Part shown: in pieces, positions 13,524 through 27,329 of the stretch | Position numbering within the stretch: the stretch's first letter is position 1 | Layout: each line of letters starts with the position of its first letter | Assembly: GCA_965113315.1 (NCBI GenBank) | Contig: OZ220368.1 | Direction: 5' to 3' (one strand) | Length of the DNA: 64,000 bases | Source of the DNA: Podarcis vaucheri | Taxonomy: Eukaryota | Notes under the pieces: model-generated | Databases searched by the model: none | What the model was told of the DNA's origin: nothing | The model's input: the letters and a program-made list of their open reading frames with translations, nothing else | Position numbers and translations under genes: made by a program

Positions 13524-13990
13524 AGAATAGAATAGAAAATGGTAATGAAGGGAAAGCAAGAGATGGCACAAGCAGCAACCAGAAGTACAGTGTTAGCTTT
13601 GGATATTTTATCCCACACTCTGTTATGACATGCTGAAGTCAAAGAATAGCAGTCATCCTTCTTCCAAACAGTGCTGAACTATTCAACACAGTGGGTGGAA
13701 TCCAGTGTTACACCATGGTGGAAGTGCCATCAATGCAAGCAACTGCAGCTTGCCAGATGGAACTATCCCCCTCTCCTCCTCCCTGGGTGCTGCTCTGGGA
13801 GTTCTCCCAACACTCCCCCGGAGTTGATTTTGGGGCATGCTGGTTGGAGGGGACACTGGGGTGAGGAGAGGGGAAAGCCCCATTGTGCAAGTGGAAGTTC
13901 TTCTGCAGGGCTTGCGCTGACAGGACTCGTTAGGTGAATCACACCCATTATCTGGGTGTCTACATATTTATCAAACAACATCATCTATGG

Positions 13991-14126
13991 CAGGCTTCCT
14001 CAAACTCGGCCCTCCAGATGTTATGAGACTGTAATTCCCATCATCCCTGACCACTGGTCCTACTAGCTAGGGATCATGGGAGTTGTAGGCCAAAAATATC
14101 TGGCGGGCTGAGTTTTAGGAAGCCTG
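13991..14126. mobile_element. hAT-type MITE
   Basis: TIRs CAGGCTTCCTCAAACTC...GAGTTTTAGGAAGCCTG; perfect 8-bp TSD ATCTATGG. Confidence 0.9.
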
Positions 14127-14245
14127 ATCTATGGGCTATTATCATGTTCAACTCAGCTTTGACTGTAAAACAATGTGAACAGGTTTGAAGCACAGATGGC
14201 ATGAAGTTTTAACAATACCATTCCAAAGCATAACAAGGTACTTAC

Positions 14246-14820
14246 CTCTCGTAAGGTGATCTTGACAGGATAGACAATATTTGAACCATCCCTCTTGAAG
14301 TGAGGATGTATTTTATCTTTAATAACAAACACAATATCAGCTGGTATGGTACTAGGTGTTTCATCGCCTTCTTTGGGGAATGTAATTTTGGTGCCCTCTT
14401 TCCATCCTCTCTTGATATCAATAGTGAGGATTTTATCCTCCGTTCTGACACTTCTACCATCTGGGTTGAGCCGTTTTCGGGAAATTCTCATTCTTTTTGT
14501 GCATCCATGGTAAATCTCTTCCAGTGATACCTTGAGTTCATGAACAATAGGGGGATCTTGCTTACGACGGGGTTGGCTACCAACAGTGTTTCTTTCCCTT
14601 GGGAATCCATTCATATTGAAAGAAGTAAAGGAACCAAATGGATCTCCATCCACTTCCATTTCTTCAGTGTCTCTGCCACCAGGCATCCTTCTTCCAAAGA
14701 AGATCTCAAAAGGATTCGCACCACCAAAAAATGCTGCAAATGTGGCATGTGGGTCTCCATGAAAGGAGTACCGGAAAGTACCACCTTGCCCATCTGGCCC
14801 TCCAGCTCCTCCTTTCAGTC
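14246..14820 (-). CDS. DNAJB4: DNAJB4 exon 2
   Basis: Acceptor TAG|GA, donor GAG|GTAAG; G/F-rich region (FHGDPHATFAAFFGG) and CTD-I (GWKEGTKITFPKEGD); 575 nt keeps frame with exons 1 and 3. Confidence 0.96.
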
Positions 14821-14844
14821 CTACAAAAGGGTACAAATAAGTTT

Positions 14845-15108
14845 AACAATGCCAACCTTAAATACAGGGAACCAGGCAGAGGGCCTTCTCTGTAGTGGCA
14901 CCCACCCTGTGGAATACTCTCCCATCAGTTGTCAAGGAGATGAGTAACTATATAACCCTTATAAGATATTGAAAGGCAGCCCTGTATAGGCAAGCCTTTT
15001 AATGTGTAATGTTTTCTTATGTTTTTATACATGTTGGAAGCTGCCCAGAGTAGCTGGGGCAACCCAGTTGGATAGGTGGGGTACAAATAATAAAATTATT
15101 ATTATTAT
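14845..15108 (+). mobile_element. L2 LINE 3' end fragment
   Basis: AGGCAGAGGGCCTTCTCTGTAGTGGCACCC...GGGTACAAATAATAAAATTATTATTA, a typical squamate L2 tail; starts about 25 nt from the DNAJB4 exon 2 acceptor. Confidence 0.65.
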
Positions 15109-15633
15109 ACTGGTTTAGAAATGCACACAATAGCCAACTATAATAATGTATTGTATACACTTAATGATGGGACTTCCTTTAGAGTTTTCAGTAGGGCCTG
15201 CTTCGAGGAAGCAACCATTGGATTGGGCCACACATCAAATATAACACAGCCCAATCTTACATGCATTTATTTGGAAGCCCAGCTGAGTTTAATTGGACCT
15301 ACTTCTAAGTTTTGAATAGACTACAGCCCAAGAAATTATAAAATGCTAAAGTACTGCAAGCTACGCAAAGTGATATTTATAAAGAGATCTTATGAAGTTA
15401 TGCTTTCACACTCATGCTGACAGTTACCTCAGCTATTTCAAGCCTGCCATTTCTTCCAACGTTATGGCACCCACCTACACTCTGTGATTAATTACACCTA
15501 CGCAGCCATCCTAAATTTAAACAGTTTCTTAGCTTTCTAGTCTATCTTCAAAACACCTAAGCAGACTCTGCATGAGAAGGCTGTGGGCCATAACTCTATA
15601 GTCTTTGGTTCTAAATGTCATCTGCTGCTTGGT

Positions 15634-15636
<3 letters not shown>

Positions 15637-15716
<80 letters not shown>
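15637..15716. repeat. Compound (TG)n(AG)n microsatellite
   Basis: Directly visible; lies in DNAJB4 intron 1. Confidence 0.97.
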
Positions 15717-15721
<5 letters not shown>

Positions 15722-17347
15722 TAGAAAAGAACATGAATGTTTGCAAGTTGGGGATGTAGTACCCAAAGTTAGGAGAGAAATTATGCTGTCATGGATTTTA
15801 ATCAAATTTACATTAGGATGGGATTCAGAAATGCAAGAATATAAATCTCTAGAAAGGTTTTATAACTCTACTTTCAAAAATCTTATTTGTGTTGACTTAG
15901 AACCATGAAAACAAAAATCAAGTCTTTTCTCCAAGCTGAGAAAATATTCAGTAAATAAAAATAGGTTGCTAAAATGGCTTTTCAGGCTAAACCTAGTCTC
16001 TTAGCTATGATGAGCATGATGATCATATACAGATGTAGTACTAATGCCAAGCGGGCTGACAAACCATACCATGTGCTTAGCGGAATGACACTTCCTAGAA
16101 TAGATAATGGATAGGTTTTGCTGAAAGGACACCGGGTCCCATGGCTATAAAAAGGGGCTCTGGACCCACAGTCTGCCCATGTCCTGGGCACCAGTAAAGC
16201 TGCTGCATTCACCAAGATTTAAAGCTTTATAAGCTTATTAAATATCTAATGTGTTACACAGAAATATTAGGCATGATTTTTATGTTTGGTGACAGCTGCT
16301 TCTATTCCTTTCATTTTAATTTCTCACAGGACGAGTAGAAAATCCATGCTGATTATGGCTGGGAAAGAAGCAGACACACACACACTGGTATAATTAGGAA
16401 AAGGAGGTAGGTTAGGAATGAAAAGGGGACTAAAGAACATGTGAATGCCTAAAGAATGCTGATCCTTGACTAAGAATAAGGAACCCATTTGTTTCAAGGC
16501 CTCACAGAAGTCCAATGACTACAAGAGAAACAGTGATCCTGGAGCTGCAGTATTAAAACTTCAAGTAGAACCAGCATTTATAGAAAGGTGTAGATTTGTG
16601 ATGAATTCAAACTTCTCGGAGCAATCATCATCAAGAGCTCATCAATTAAGTATTCACATGTTTTCAATAGACCATCATAAAGTGAAAAGTCTTGTTTCAT
16701 TGAGGGAGTATGTTATTGTAATGAAGCCAGCTTAGGTCAGCATTTGAACAATTTTGAACCATAAAGGTAGCAACCCAGTTCCAAAAGTTCTAAGAATCCA
16801 TCTAAACTAAATTATTTTAACATAATAGTTTTAAGCTAAACACACTGCTTCTGGGCCTCATTCACTTGGCACTTTAGCACTGTTTACAATTAAGCTGAAA
16901 ACTTGTCCTAGTATTTCATGACATCAGACAAATTCTTTCCTTTCCAGGCAAGATGCCAATATTGGCTGGAGTTTGGACACCTGGACCCTGGCTGAGAAGG
17001 GCCATTTTTAATAAAAGCTTATTTTAATAAAACTATACCCGTATATTTTATGCTACCTTGGAAGAGTGAGACAAACTCAGCACACTATTGCAAAGTTTTT
17101 GTAACATAAATTAAACAGTATCTACTAACATGTTTGACAGATGAATCAAATAGATTCACCTAGAAAATAACCTAAATTAGAACATTCCATAGAAGTATTA
17201 GACTCTCAAGCAAGTCTTGAATCCTCAAACTATGTTACTACATCTAATTGCTCAAACCTGCTTCTTAAAAACTGCCTCACTGCATCTGACATTTTAAAAA
17301 AAGCTTTCTTTTTTAAGCTAAAACTACTGTACATAAAATTCTTTTAC

Positions 17348-17558
17348 CTTCTTCTCCATACTGATCATAAATTTCTCTTTTTTGGGGATCACTCAGCACC
17401 TCATAAGCTTCTGCAATCTCTTTGAATTTTTCTTCTGCATGGGGAGATTTGTTCTTATCCGGATGCCATTTAAGGGCTTGTTTTCTGTAAGCTTTCTTTA
17501 TGTCTTCATCAGATGCTCCCTTTTCGATCCCAAGAACGGAATAATAATCCTTTCCCAT
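17348..17558 (-). CDS. DNAJB4: DNAJB4 exon 1 (J-domain)
   Basis: [37 protein letters not shown] with HPD motif; donor G|GTAAAA; spliced CDS 1020 nt = 339 aa + stop. Confidence 0.97.
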
Positions 17559-20531
17559 ACTGAACCTTCACAAAGTTTATTTCCTTCTATATAACAGCGT
17601 CCAGTTTCTCAGCTTGCGATGTTGCTGGAAAAGCGTTAACAGAAGTCACAAGAGCAGCAGTTTTAGTAAGCAGCGGGCAGACTGCTTATTACATTCTCCC
17701 CTTCTTGGTCGTTTCATACAGATAAATATACACAGTGGTAGAGACACTGCCACCCAGAGCCCTCCCAATTATACTACGTGTCTGTGCTCTTTCTAGAACA
17801 GCAAATGCTGTAAGACGTCACTTCCCAAGCTAACTACAGCCAAAACTCTGCAGTGTTCCCTTTCTGCAGTTAACTGTTCAATGTCCTTCTCCCTCTGAAT
17901 CTGAATGAATTGCTGATAGGGGAGGAAAAACCTTAACCCCCACTTTCCTTTTGTACATGGACGTATATTTCAGACACTGGTCAAATTTTGTACAATGTGA
18001 TAAAGTAATAAGTGTGAAAAATGAAACTGTTAGATAAAAACAACAACAACGCCCTGATTTCTTAGTTGTGAGGAATCGGTTAACAGGATAGAGATGGCAT
18101 GCAATTAACAAGAAAAATTATGGGAAGGTAAAGATCTTATGAAACACAGGCCATGTCTCCTGCTCCCAGTACATTGGTTTTGATTTCTTCACTTTCAGCC
18201 TATAAAAGCAAAATGCAAGTGCTTCTCTAGCAGCAACACAACTGAATGATTGATTGCCTCGCAGCACCAGTCACTTTCCATGCTACCCTCTAGGCACGAG
18301 TGACAGATACAAAATAGATTAAGCCTTTGCGTGAATTTGCTTTCCTCATGGAATGTCAAATGTTGAAAAAAAAAAAAAGCCTAGCATAGAGTAGGGTACA
18401 AAAAGCAACCTGTCAGTTTTTTGCAGTCATTTTAGTTGCAGGTGGCACCAATATATAGGTGGACAGTACAATCAGGTAGCTGAAACAGCAGAAGCAACAA
18501 GAGCCAATTTCAATTGTTTCAGGGAAAATATAAAAGTAAATAGGGGCTAATAGTTGCTTTTCAGTTAACCTTAGATCGCATCAAGTATGACTTACAAAAG
18601 ACCATGACTTAAATTATGTATTATAGTTTCACTCTTCTTTTTCCCAGAGAGCCAGTTCGCATGCCTGTTAAGGGAGAACCCAACCACATATTCTCTATCC
18701 AGGCTTTTTTGACTGCCTAACCCAAGCAGTTAAAATCATCTGTTTGTTACATTGATTTCACACTGGAGTGAAAGTCAAGCATTCTAGTTTATGTTTGTTT
18801 GCTTATTCCAGTAAGCGGTGGATTCTGATACCTTTAAAACCAGCCTGTATTCTCAGACATGGTGAATAGCACAGTACAATCAATCATTTTCCAAGTCTCG
18901 GGGTAGGAGAGCCTTGGAATATCCATGAAAGCATTATCTTTTTGCCTTTAAATTTCTCATAATAGAACTGCCATTGACATCAAAACTAGAATTTCTTTCT
19001 ACCAATGTTCGGAATTCCAAGAGAGAGTTTGGAACCTGCCCTCAACAGCTGCTCCATGCCAAGAGACGGTTTGCTCATTCAGTCCTGATTACAAAGGGCC
19101 TGGGGGGTGTCCTTGGGGGAATTTATCCCTCCCTTTGCCCATCTCCCTTGCAGCTTTCTTATAATTTGAAGAAATGCATGTAAGGTATGCAACAAAGAGA
19201 TGCAGTGTAGAGTGATCCTGTTCAGCACTCCCCATTGCATTTCTCTTCCCTCCCAGTTTTCTTCCACACACCCCAACAGACAGTCAGCATTCCATTCCCG
19301 ATAAATTCTACTGAAGTGCAACAGCTGAAATTATATGAAGTTTCTCATATACAGCTGTCTAGATAAGGGAATGGATGGATGTTTGAGGCGGGTGGGGAAG
19401 AATGAGGATGGGAGAAAGCCTGCCAAGAGACATTGGAAGGAAGTAGAATAGACTACCACCAGCAAAATTACACTTGTGTTGCAGCATTTTCTATAGCCTT
19501 CAGGAGCAACTCAAGATAGTTTTCCTCTGAATTGTTTAGTTCTCATACCTCGTAGATTGCCTACTCCACATCATCCTACTAAAGCCAACTGATTTTTTGG
19601 TTAGCTACCTTGAAACTTTTGTCTGAAAGATGGCCTAGAAACCTTTTACCAAAAATAAAGCAGGCATGCCAACAATGACACTTGTGTCCTCTGTGTGTCA
19701 GATATGAATGGAAAGGGCATAGATGTGCGCACAGAAACCTTTGCCTTGCTCTGGAACACAGCATACTCTAGTAGTTAATTTGGACACACAAGCAATCCAA
19801 ATAACACATTCCTCTTCTTTCACTAGTATCACTTCTCACTACACCAGAAGGTTCTTCATGGAAATAAACAGGGAACAATTCTCATTACGTGTTGGTGAGT
19901 ACTTATCCTCCTACCAACTCTAAAATATTTCATGAGCCATTTCACAATTCTGCTTGACTTAGTCCACAGAGATATGAGTGAAGCAAAACAAAAAGCAGTG
20001 ATGCCACTGTAAGTCGAGCATATGTGGGAAAGGGGATTGGCATGAAACTGTGTGTGACTTATTAAATGACATTTTGGCTTTCTTTTTCTTTTATAGATTC
20101 AAGTCCCTATGTCAAACCAGTTTACCATTAGAAAACAGACATATTCATCAAAAACATTTTTGCAGTTAAAATTAGTAATGTGTATGTTTCTTTTTTTACA
20201 TCGGAGGTGGTATTTGTGCTGCTGTTTCTGACACGTTATATAACCATAAAATGAGATGAAAATACAGCTGGTCTTTTCTTCAGAAAGTGTATTTATAGCT
20301 TGTTTGAATAATATATTCATGTTAATAGGAAGGTAAGACCTAGGGAAGAGCTTATTCTATTTTCTACAACATGGCTTCAAAATGATGTGATCTATTCTAT
20401 TAACCGAAACAGTTCAAGTAGTGTGACCAATCAAAGTAAATAACAGGTAAATCTAAATTTAAAAAAAACAAATTTCTATTTGTAAAGCCTCCCCCCCCCA
20501 CATGGAATTTGAGTTATCTATTGGTCTAGAT

Positions 20532-20665
20532 CAGGCATGTCCAACAGGTAGATCACAATCTACTGGTAGATCACAGGGTGTTCCTGGTAGGTCCTGGTAG
20601 ATATTTGGCCCCTCAGTGATCCCCCCCCCAAAAAATTGCAGTCTATTGGGAGTTGGACGTCCCTG
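20532..20665. mobile_element. hAT-type MITE (second family)
   Basis: TIRs CAGGCATGTCCAAC...GTTGGACGTCCCTG; perfect 8-bp TSD GTCTAGAT; internal GGTAGATC-like repeats. Confidence 0.85.
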
Positions 20666-21831
20666 GTCTAGATGGATATCTAGCCTTTAAAACAAAGGCT
20701 GGTGGTTTTACTGGAAGCAAGGTGAGGTGTATATAGTGAGGCATCATGTAGCATACTCTAACTTGCTGTAAAGAATTGGTAGGAATAGCTTTTGTATGCA
20801 AAGAGAGAGGCAACAAGAACTTATTTTACAAAAAACTTATTATCTTACTTTGCCAACCTATGTAAATAAAAGTTAATGGGTGCTTCCCTCTGTTCTATCA
20901 TCCTGCCCCATTCTTCTGCCTTCAACATATCCTAGTACAGTCTTCTTCCTATACACTTCTCTGCACGACCAGAGCAGGAAGGAGTTGGAATGAGCAGCTT
21001 CCACAGCACAAATGGTGGCTGTTGTTCATCCTACATACAGTCTGGCAATTTTAAGGTTATGGCAGAAACGGATACATATTGGACAGCTGTTTCAGGGGCT
21101 ATGTTCTGTCCACCTAACTTAAAAGGTAAATAACTCTTGTAAAGGAAAACAGGACCTTACCTGACCACAATCCTTACACACAGCAATACGTGAAGTTTCC
21201 TCTGATCCTGATCTGCTCAGTTTATTTTTGTGAGAAAGGAACTCAGGATATCATGTTCTGGAACTGAGCAGGGAATATTTTGTGTAAACATCCTCTCCTT
21301 GTCTTTCAGTTGCCAAGTAAAAGCTCTAGTTAGATTCTTTCACTGGCTTTGTTTTTGGCAAGACCAACATAGAAACCAACTTTTGTGATGGGCTTAATAG
21401 AGAGTAAAGACAGAAGAGCACTGAAGCTTATAGAAAAAGTGTCTGTTCTGCTGTTGCTCATGCTATTTGTGTACTGTACATCAGTGGAGAATTTTACTCA
21501 GACACTCAGTTCAATGTCACACAAAGGATATTGAACACTAAGCAGCTGAAAATTAACATGACACAACAACTGCATGGAATCCATGATCAGAGTGCAAGGG
21601 TTCTATTCTGAAAGCAAAGAATTTTCTCTCATTTTCTCCAGGTTCCTGTTTGACATACTGTAAAATACTTCTCCTAAGAAAGTTTCCTCTTCCTGGCCTA
21701 TCTTTTGCCAGGTACTTTTAAGGAAGCCAACCAACATTTTGAAACTACTTTAATATTATGAGAACAAGCCTCATCAGCCTTCAGGCTCCCACACTTTTCC
21801 TCCAGCTACCCATGTCATCTGAACACAGGCA

Positions 21832-21930
21832 AACCATAGTTATCCTAATTATGGTTTGTTGAAACAAGCCAGCTTCATATAGTAGTTTATGAAGCTGACT
21901 TGTTTCAACTAATCATAGTTAAGATTAACC
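21832..21930. repeat. Long inverted repeat, probably a palindromic MITE remnant
   Basis: TTGAAACAAGCCAGCTTCATA-8 nt loop-TATGAAGCTGACTTGTTTCAA, with further flanking pairing. Confidence 0.7.
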
Positions 21931-22777
21931 AGTATCTAAGGGGCGGCGACACTAAACTGTGCTTTAATCTGGAATGAAAGCTGCAAAACTCCACCTTATC
22001 ATCAAAATTCAGCCAATGCATGTCCATGTCCAGCAATTAAAATATGTCATGGGTAATGGGGTTGAGAAAAAGGTAAACATCCTCAAAAATATACCAGTGA
22101 ATAATTAGAGCTCTTCTCGTTTACTTTCTATAAGTACTTTAAAACATGACCTAGTGTCTATCCCACTATTTAATCCCAAGTAGAGCATAAGAAAATTATT
22201 CCTATCAAAACTTTACCAAAAAAGGAACAGCACAAATTTCAGCTGTAGACATGCAATGTATTTCAGGGGGGTGGAGTGTGTTTCCAAGTATCCATGCCAG
22301 AGACTTACTCTCAAGGGCTTTTCTCCACCCACACATTGGAGTATGACTCACAGTGCTAAAGTTAAAGTTTACAGAAGACTTAGAAGTCCAATTCTCTTGC
22401 GCTGTGAAATCCAGTAAGAAAAGACTGGATTTGATTCCTTAAACCTATCCAGCAGGAAGATCCATGGCAGGTAATTGGGTGACAGAAGCGACAAATGTTT
22501 TGAACTAAAATTCCCAGATGATGTCACACATTAGGAGCTCTACAGAAAGAGAAAGCTGCATAGCTCTGAGCATAATTTGTCTATTCAGATCAGAAACAAC
22601 TAAAGGTGGTTGCTTAAGTCTTTGAGTTTTAGTATTCCTGTGCCACTCCATATCTCACAAGAGGCCCTTCTTCGAACCTGTTACAAATAATATGGCATGT
22701 TACAAATAACAACCCAGAACTACCATATTCAGTATTTGTATTCATTAACTCAAGAATGTGCTTTCCCTTGCAAACAG

Positions 22778-24224
22778 TTATCTTTGAGAATTCCTGGAGA
22801 ACAGGTGAAGTCCCGGCAGACTGGAGGGCAAATGTTGTCCCTATTTTCAAAAATGGGAAAAGAGAGGACCCAAATAATTATCGCCCAGTCAGTCTGACAT
22901 CAATACCAGGGAAGATTCTGGAGCAGATCATTAAGCAAACAGTCTGTGAGCACCTAGAAAGGAATGCTGTGATCACGAATAGTCAGCATGGATTTCTGAA
23001 AAGTAAGTCATGTCAGACTAACCTGATCTCGTTTTTTGACAGAATTACAAGCCTGGTAGATGAAGGGAACGCAGTGGATGTAGCCTACCTTGATTTCAGC
23101 AAGGCATTTGACAAGGTGCCCCATGATATTCTTGTAAAGAAGCTGGTAAAATGCGGTCTTGACTATGCTACCACTCAGTGGATTTGTAACTGGCTGACTG
23201 ACCGAACCCAAAGGGTGCTCATCAATGGTTCCTCTTCATCCTGGAGAAGAGTGACTAGTGGGGTGCCACAGGGTTCTGTCTTGGGCCCGGTCTTATTCAA
23301 TATCTTTATCAACGACTTGAATGATGGACTCAAGGGCATCCTGATCAAATTTGCAGATGACACCAAACTGGGAGGGGTGGCTAACACCCCAGAGGACAGG
23401 ATCACACTTCAAAACGACCTTGACAGATTAGAGAACTGGGCCAAAACAAACAAGATGAATTTTAACAGGGAGAAATGTAAAGTATTGCACTTGGGCAAAA
23501 GAAATGAGAGGCACAAATACAAGATGGGTGACACCTGGCTTGAGAGCAGTACATGTGAAAAGGATCTAGGAGTCCTGGTTGACCACAAACTTGACATGAG
23601 CCAACAGTGTGACGCAGCAGCTAAAAAAGCCAATGCAATTCTGGGCTGCATCAATAGGAGTATAGAATCTAGATCAAGGGAAGTAATAGTGCCACTGTAT
23701 TCTGCTCTGGTCAGACCTCACCTGGAGTACTGTGTCCAGTTCTGGGCACCACAATTCAAGAAGGACACTGACAAACTCTGGAACGTGTCCAGAGGAGGGC
23801 AACCAAAATGGTCAAAGGCCTGGAAATGATGCCTTATGAGGAACGGCTAAGGGAGCTGGGCATGTTTAGCCTGGAGAAGAGGTTAAGGGGTGATATGATA
23901 GCCATGTTCAAATATATAAAAGGATGTCACATAGAGGACGGAGAAAGGTTGTTTTCTGCTGCTCCAGAGAAGCGGACACGGAGCAATGGATCCAAACTAC
24001 AAGAAAGTAGATTCCACCTAAACATTAGGAAGAACTTCCTGACAGTAAGAGCTGTTTGACAGTGGAATTTGCTGCCAAGGAGTGTGGTGGAGTCTCCTTC
24101 TTTGGAGGTCTTTAAGCAGAGGCTTGACAACCATATGTCAGGAGTGCTCTGATGGTGTTTCCTGCTTGGCAGGGGGTTGGACTCGATGGCCCTTGTGGTC
24201 TCTTCCAACTCTATGATTCTATGA
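22778..24224 (+). mobile_element. 5'-truncated CR1 LINE with RT domain
   Basis: ORF with YRPVSLTS, YLDFSKAFD, GVPQGSVLGPVLFNIFINDL, KFADD; one frameshift near 23778; CR1 3' end TTCCAACTCTATGATTCTATGA. Confidence 0.96.
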
Positions 24225-26161
24225 AACAAGTAGTGAGGGGTGTTGCCTACCCCCATTCTACTTGACAGCAGCTTATTAAATGAGCCATTTAGATGCAGTC
24301 AGCAAGAAGCCCTTTGCCCAAGTTACTGCAAGTTGTACCACACCTGACTGCAAATCCTCAAAAAGATTTACAAATTGTACAACTATATTGCTTCCCTCAA
24401 GATTTTACCTTGGCTAAATCTATTTACAAAAATAGAGAATGATTTAAGCACTGCCGATGATTCGCCTCAGAAACATCCGTTCAGCTACCACAAAATCCTG
24501 TCTAGATCCGACTATAAATAATTCAATGGTTGCTCTTTCCAAAAGGCTTTTCTTCTCATTCTTCCCCCTGAAAAAACCTCCTGTGGAATGCAGGAATATT
24601 AAACGAAGGCCTAGCATGGGTTATGTTGTTATAGCAGGGGAAAAGCCAAGCAGCTCTCCACTCCAAGAGTCTAGTCCCCTTTGTTGGGGGGCAAGAACAC
24701 TTTCACGAAATAATGAACTTCATGTGATTACATACAGTTCATGAGTTAGTGCGCAATCTAGTGCTGCTGCTCCTCTAAATTAAGCTGTAAAGCAGGATCA
24801 AGAACGTATGGAACTCTAGATGTTGCTGAATTACAACTCTCATCAGTTACTGCCAGCATGTTTATGCTTCAGGGAAAATTGCATGAAATGTAACCAACTT
24901 CTTATTGTGGATAAACGCTTGAAAGCTATTTTATTAATACATTTTGAAAAACTGTGTTTTAAACTCTTTGGATGTTTTATATGAGCACCATCTGACTATG
25001 CCCACTAGAGGTCACTAAACAAATATTAATCTTTACAGATACTAGAAATCTTACCATCCCAAGGTTTTCAGTTTAGAAACATTATGGAAAATAAGTACTG
25101 TAGTTATTTTTGTTACATTAAACTCGCCCTTTGTCCAGTGTAGTTTCTTTGCCACTTGCTCTTTAGTCTTAATCATGTGTTGTAGGTATACAGCTGAGGT
25201 AGAGGTTGGCCCAGGGTCAATGTTATTTTCATATCAAGCAGCAATTTGAACCTAGGTCAATGACTATCTTACAAATTTCAATTTGTGGCGTACTCCTGAT
25301 AATGAAACCATGATCATTCCTATTTCTTGCCCCCCACCGCAAGCTCACAGCTTCAAAATAGATGTTATGATGAGCAGTGGATTCCAGAAAAAACACATTA
25401 TGAATTATTTTGAGGATGTCTGTCGCATTGAGCCTGTCTCCTCTGCTTGAAGGCAAAAAAAGCTGCACAATACCCCCATATCATTGTTTCCACCAATCAC
25501 TATGTTCAAGGAATTAAGAGAGAATTGTGCAACTTACCGTATATCAAGGCTAAAGTGTCAACACTAAGTCCCTTAACTCGCTAAATCTTGCCTAGTGAAC
25601 CCTACGTAAATCTTTCAGACAGAAAGGAAAACAGTGTAACTGTATGTCTTACAAAAAATATAAATCTAACATGCAAGTTACCGCTTCTTCTATGGACCCT
25701 GCACTTTGGGATATATTTCTCCCTGCTTAACACATAATATAACCCAATCCTATATATACTTTTTTGGAAAGTTTTTGACGCCAATGGGATTTTGGTTTTC
25801 AAACTTTTCTATCCTGAAGAAGCACTTTCCACATAGCAGTATCTTTGGGACCCACAGTTGTCATCTATGAACCAGTGTCACACTTCCCTGCAGTCATACA
25901 TTGCAAAGGAACATCAACAACAGCAGACAAGCTGTGTTTCAGCAAAGGTTGTGCACAATTACTGAACTTACTGAGGAATCATTAAGTTTCCAATCAACCT
26001 CAAGATTCTACAGAACAGTCTAAAACCACTACACTAAACTAGACATGCAAGTTTAAGATCACAGATTAAGATAAAGCATTGTCTCCAATTAAGTCACACT
26101 CAGAATAGAGCCCTTGTAATCAACAGGCTTTACTGAATTCACCAAATTTACTTCCAAGTAT

Positions 26162-26436
26162 GAGCTCATCCACACTTACCTTTTGCTCCATACTTTCTAG
26201 GCACAGGTCCACCTGCCACTTTCCCCAGGAAAACCTGATCTTTACTGCCAAATTGGAGTAAATGGCAATATGGGTTTTCTGCAGATTGCTGTTTGATCTG
26301 ATTTAGCAGCAAAGAGCAGGGAGTTTTGGAGTAAGCACTGGAGCAAAAAGAAAAGACCTAGAAAGCCTGGCCTGTGCCTAGAAATGTGGAACAAAGGTAA
26401 GTGTGGTAAGAAATGTGGAACAAAGGTAAGTGTGGG
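26162..26436. mobile_element. MITE with long TIRs and a duplicated right end
   Basis: CCACACTTACCTTTT..CTTTCTAGGCACAGG pairs with CCTGTGCCTAGAAATGTGGAACAAAGGTAAGTGTGG; the 27-bp right-end unit occurs twice (26380-26435). Confidence 0.6.
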
Positions 26437-27329
26437 ACTTTACAGAGCAGCAGGAACCCTGTTGTACCTGCAGCCCTGCTACACACTTGGTAGCCAGGGT
26501 AGCGAGTCAGGCAGATTGCTGCACTGGCCTGGAGCTGCTCAAGCCAAAATTGGGCTTGCTGTTATGTCGCAGCGATAGGGTCAGCTTGTGTGGGCTTGGC
26601 ACTACTGAGATTCTGCCAGTGGCACTTCAATCCACCTGTACATTTGAAAGGCTGAAAGTGGAGTTTCACAGCATCACTATGCAGGCAGAAACCACGCCCA
26701 AAACATGTGTCCCCCCACCCTCAGTCCAGCACAAAGGGGGGGGGGTATGGATTCCAGTTGGATACAGCCCAAGGAGTTTGTCTGATCCAAAATGTCCAAG
26801 ATGCTATAACTGTAATGCATTAGAAAGGATTAGATTAGATGGTGCATGGAAAATACACACCATATACTTAAAAGCACATCTCCACCTCTTACGAATCCTG
26901 GGAACTGCAGTTCACCCTCTTGCAGAGCTACGGTTTCTAGCACCCACAGGCTACTGTTCCCAGAATTTGGGGGTGGGAATCGGATGCAAGCCCCTTAGGG
27001 CATGTTATTACTTACAGACAGCATCTAGTCCCTGGAGTGTTTCTGAGGCCTATGCATCAGTACCAGAAACCCACGAGACATTTGCCCCTCCCCTCCCCGC
27101 CACATCCAAATTTAAGACATCACCGCCTGGAGGAAAAAAACACGTGTTTGTTTTTTGGGAACAGGGGGTGGAAAAGCTTTAATATAAACGTTATGGGCAG
27201 ATACGAAATCAGCATTCATGGTTTTCTCCGGGACCTTACATGCTTGTTTCAGGGGCGTGCGCTTCTCTTTCGTTTTAACAACGTTTATCAAAACTTTAGC
27301 TGCGCTTCGCAGGCCCACCAATTTTGCTT

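Noticed and set aside
17790-17800. Heat-shock element upstream of DNAJB4
   Set aside because: Only two nGAAn units (TTCTAGAA); a functional HSE normally needs three
20097-20331. Plus-strand exon-like segment (strong acceptor, AAG|GTAAGA donor)
   Set aside because: The reading frames I checked stop early and no partner exons or promoter are visible; may be chance or an unsupported lncRNA exon
26430-27182. 250-aa plus-strand ORF upstream of FUBP1
   Set aside because: Starts at GTG inside a MITE end, runs through repeat-derived pieces and has no recognisable domain or splice structure; probably a chance ORF
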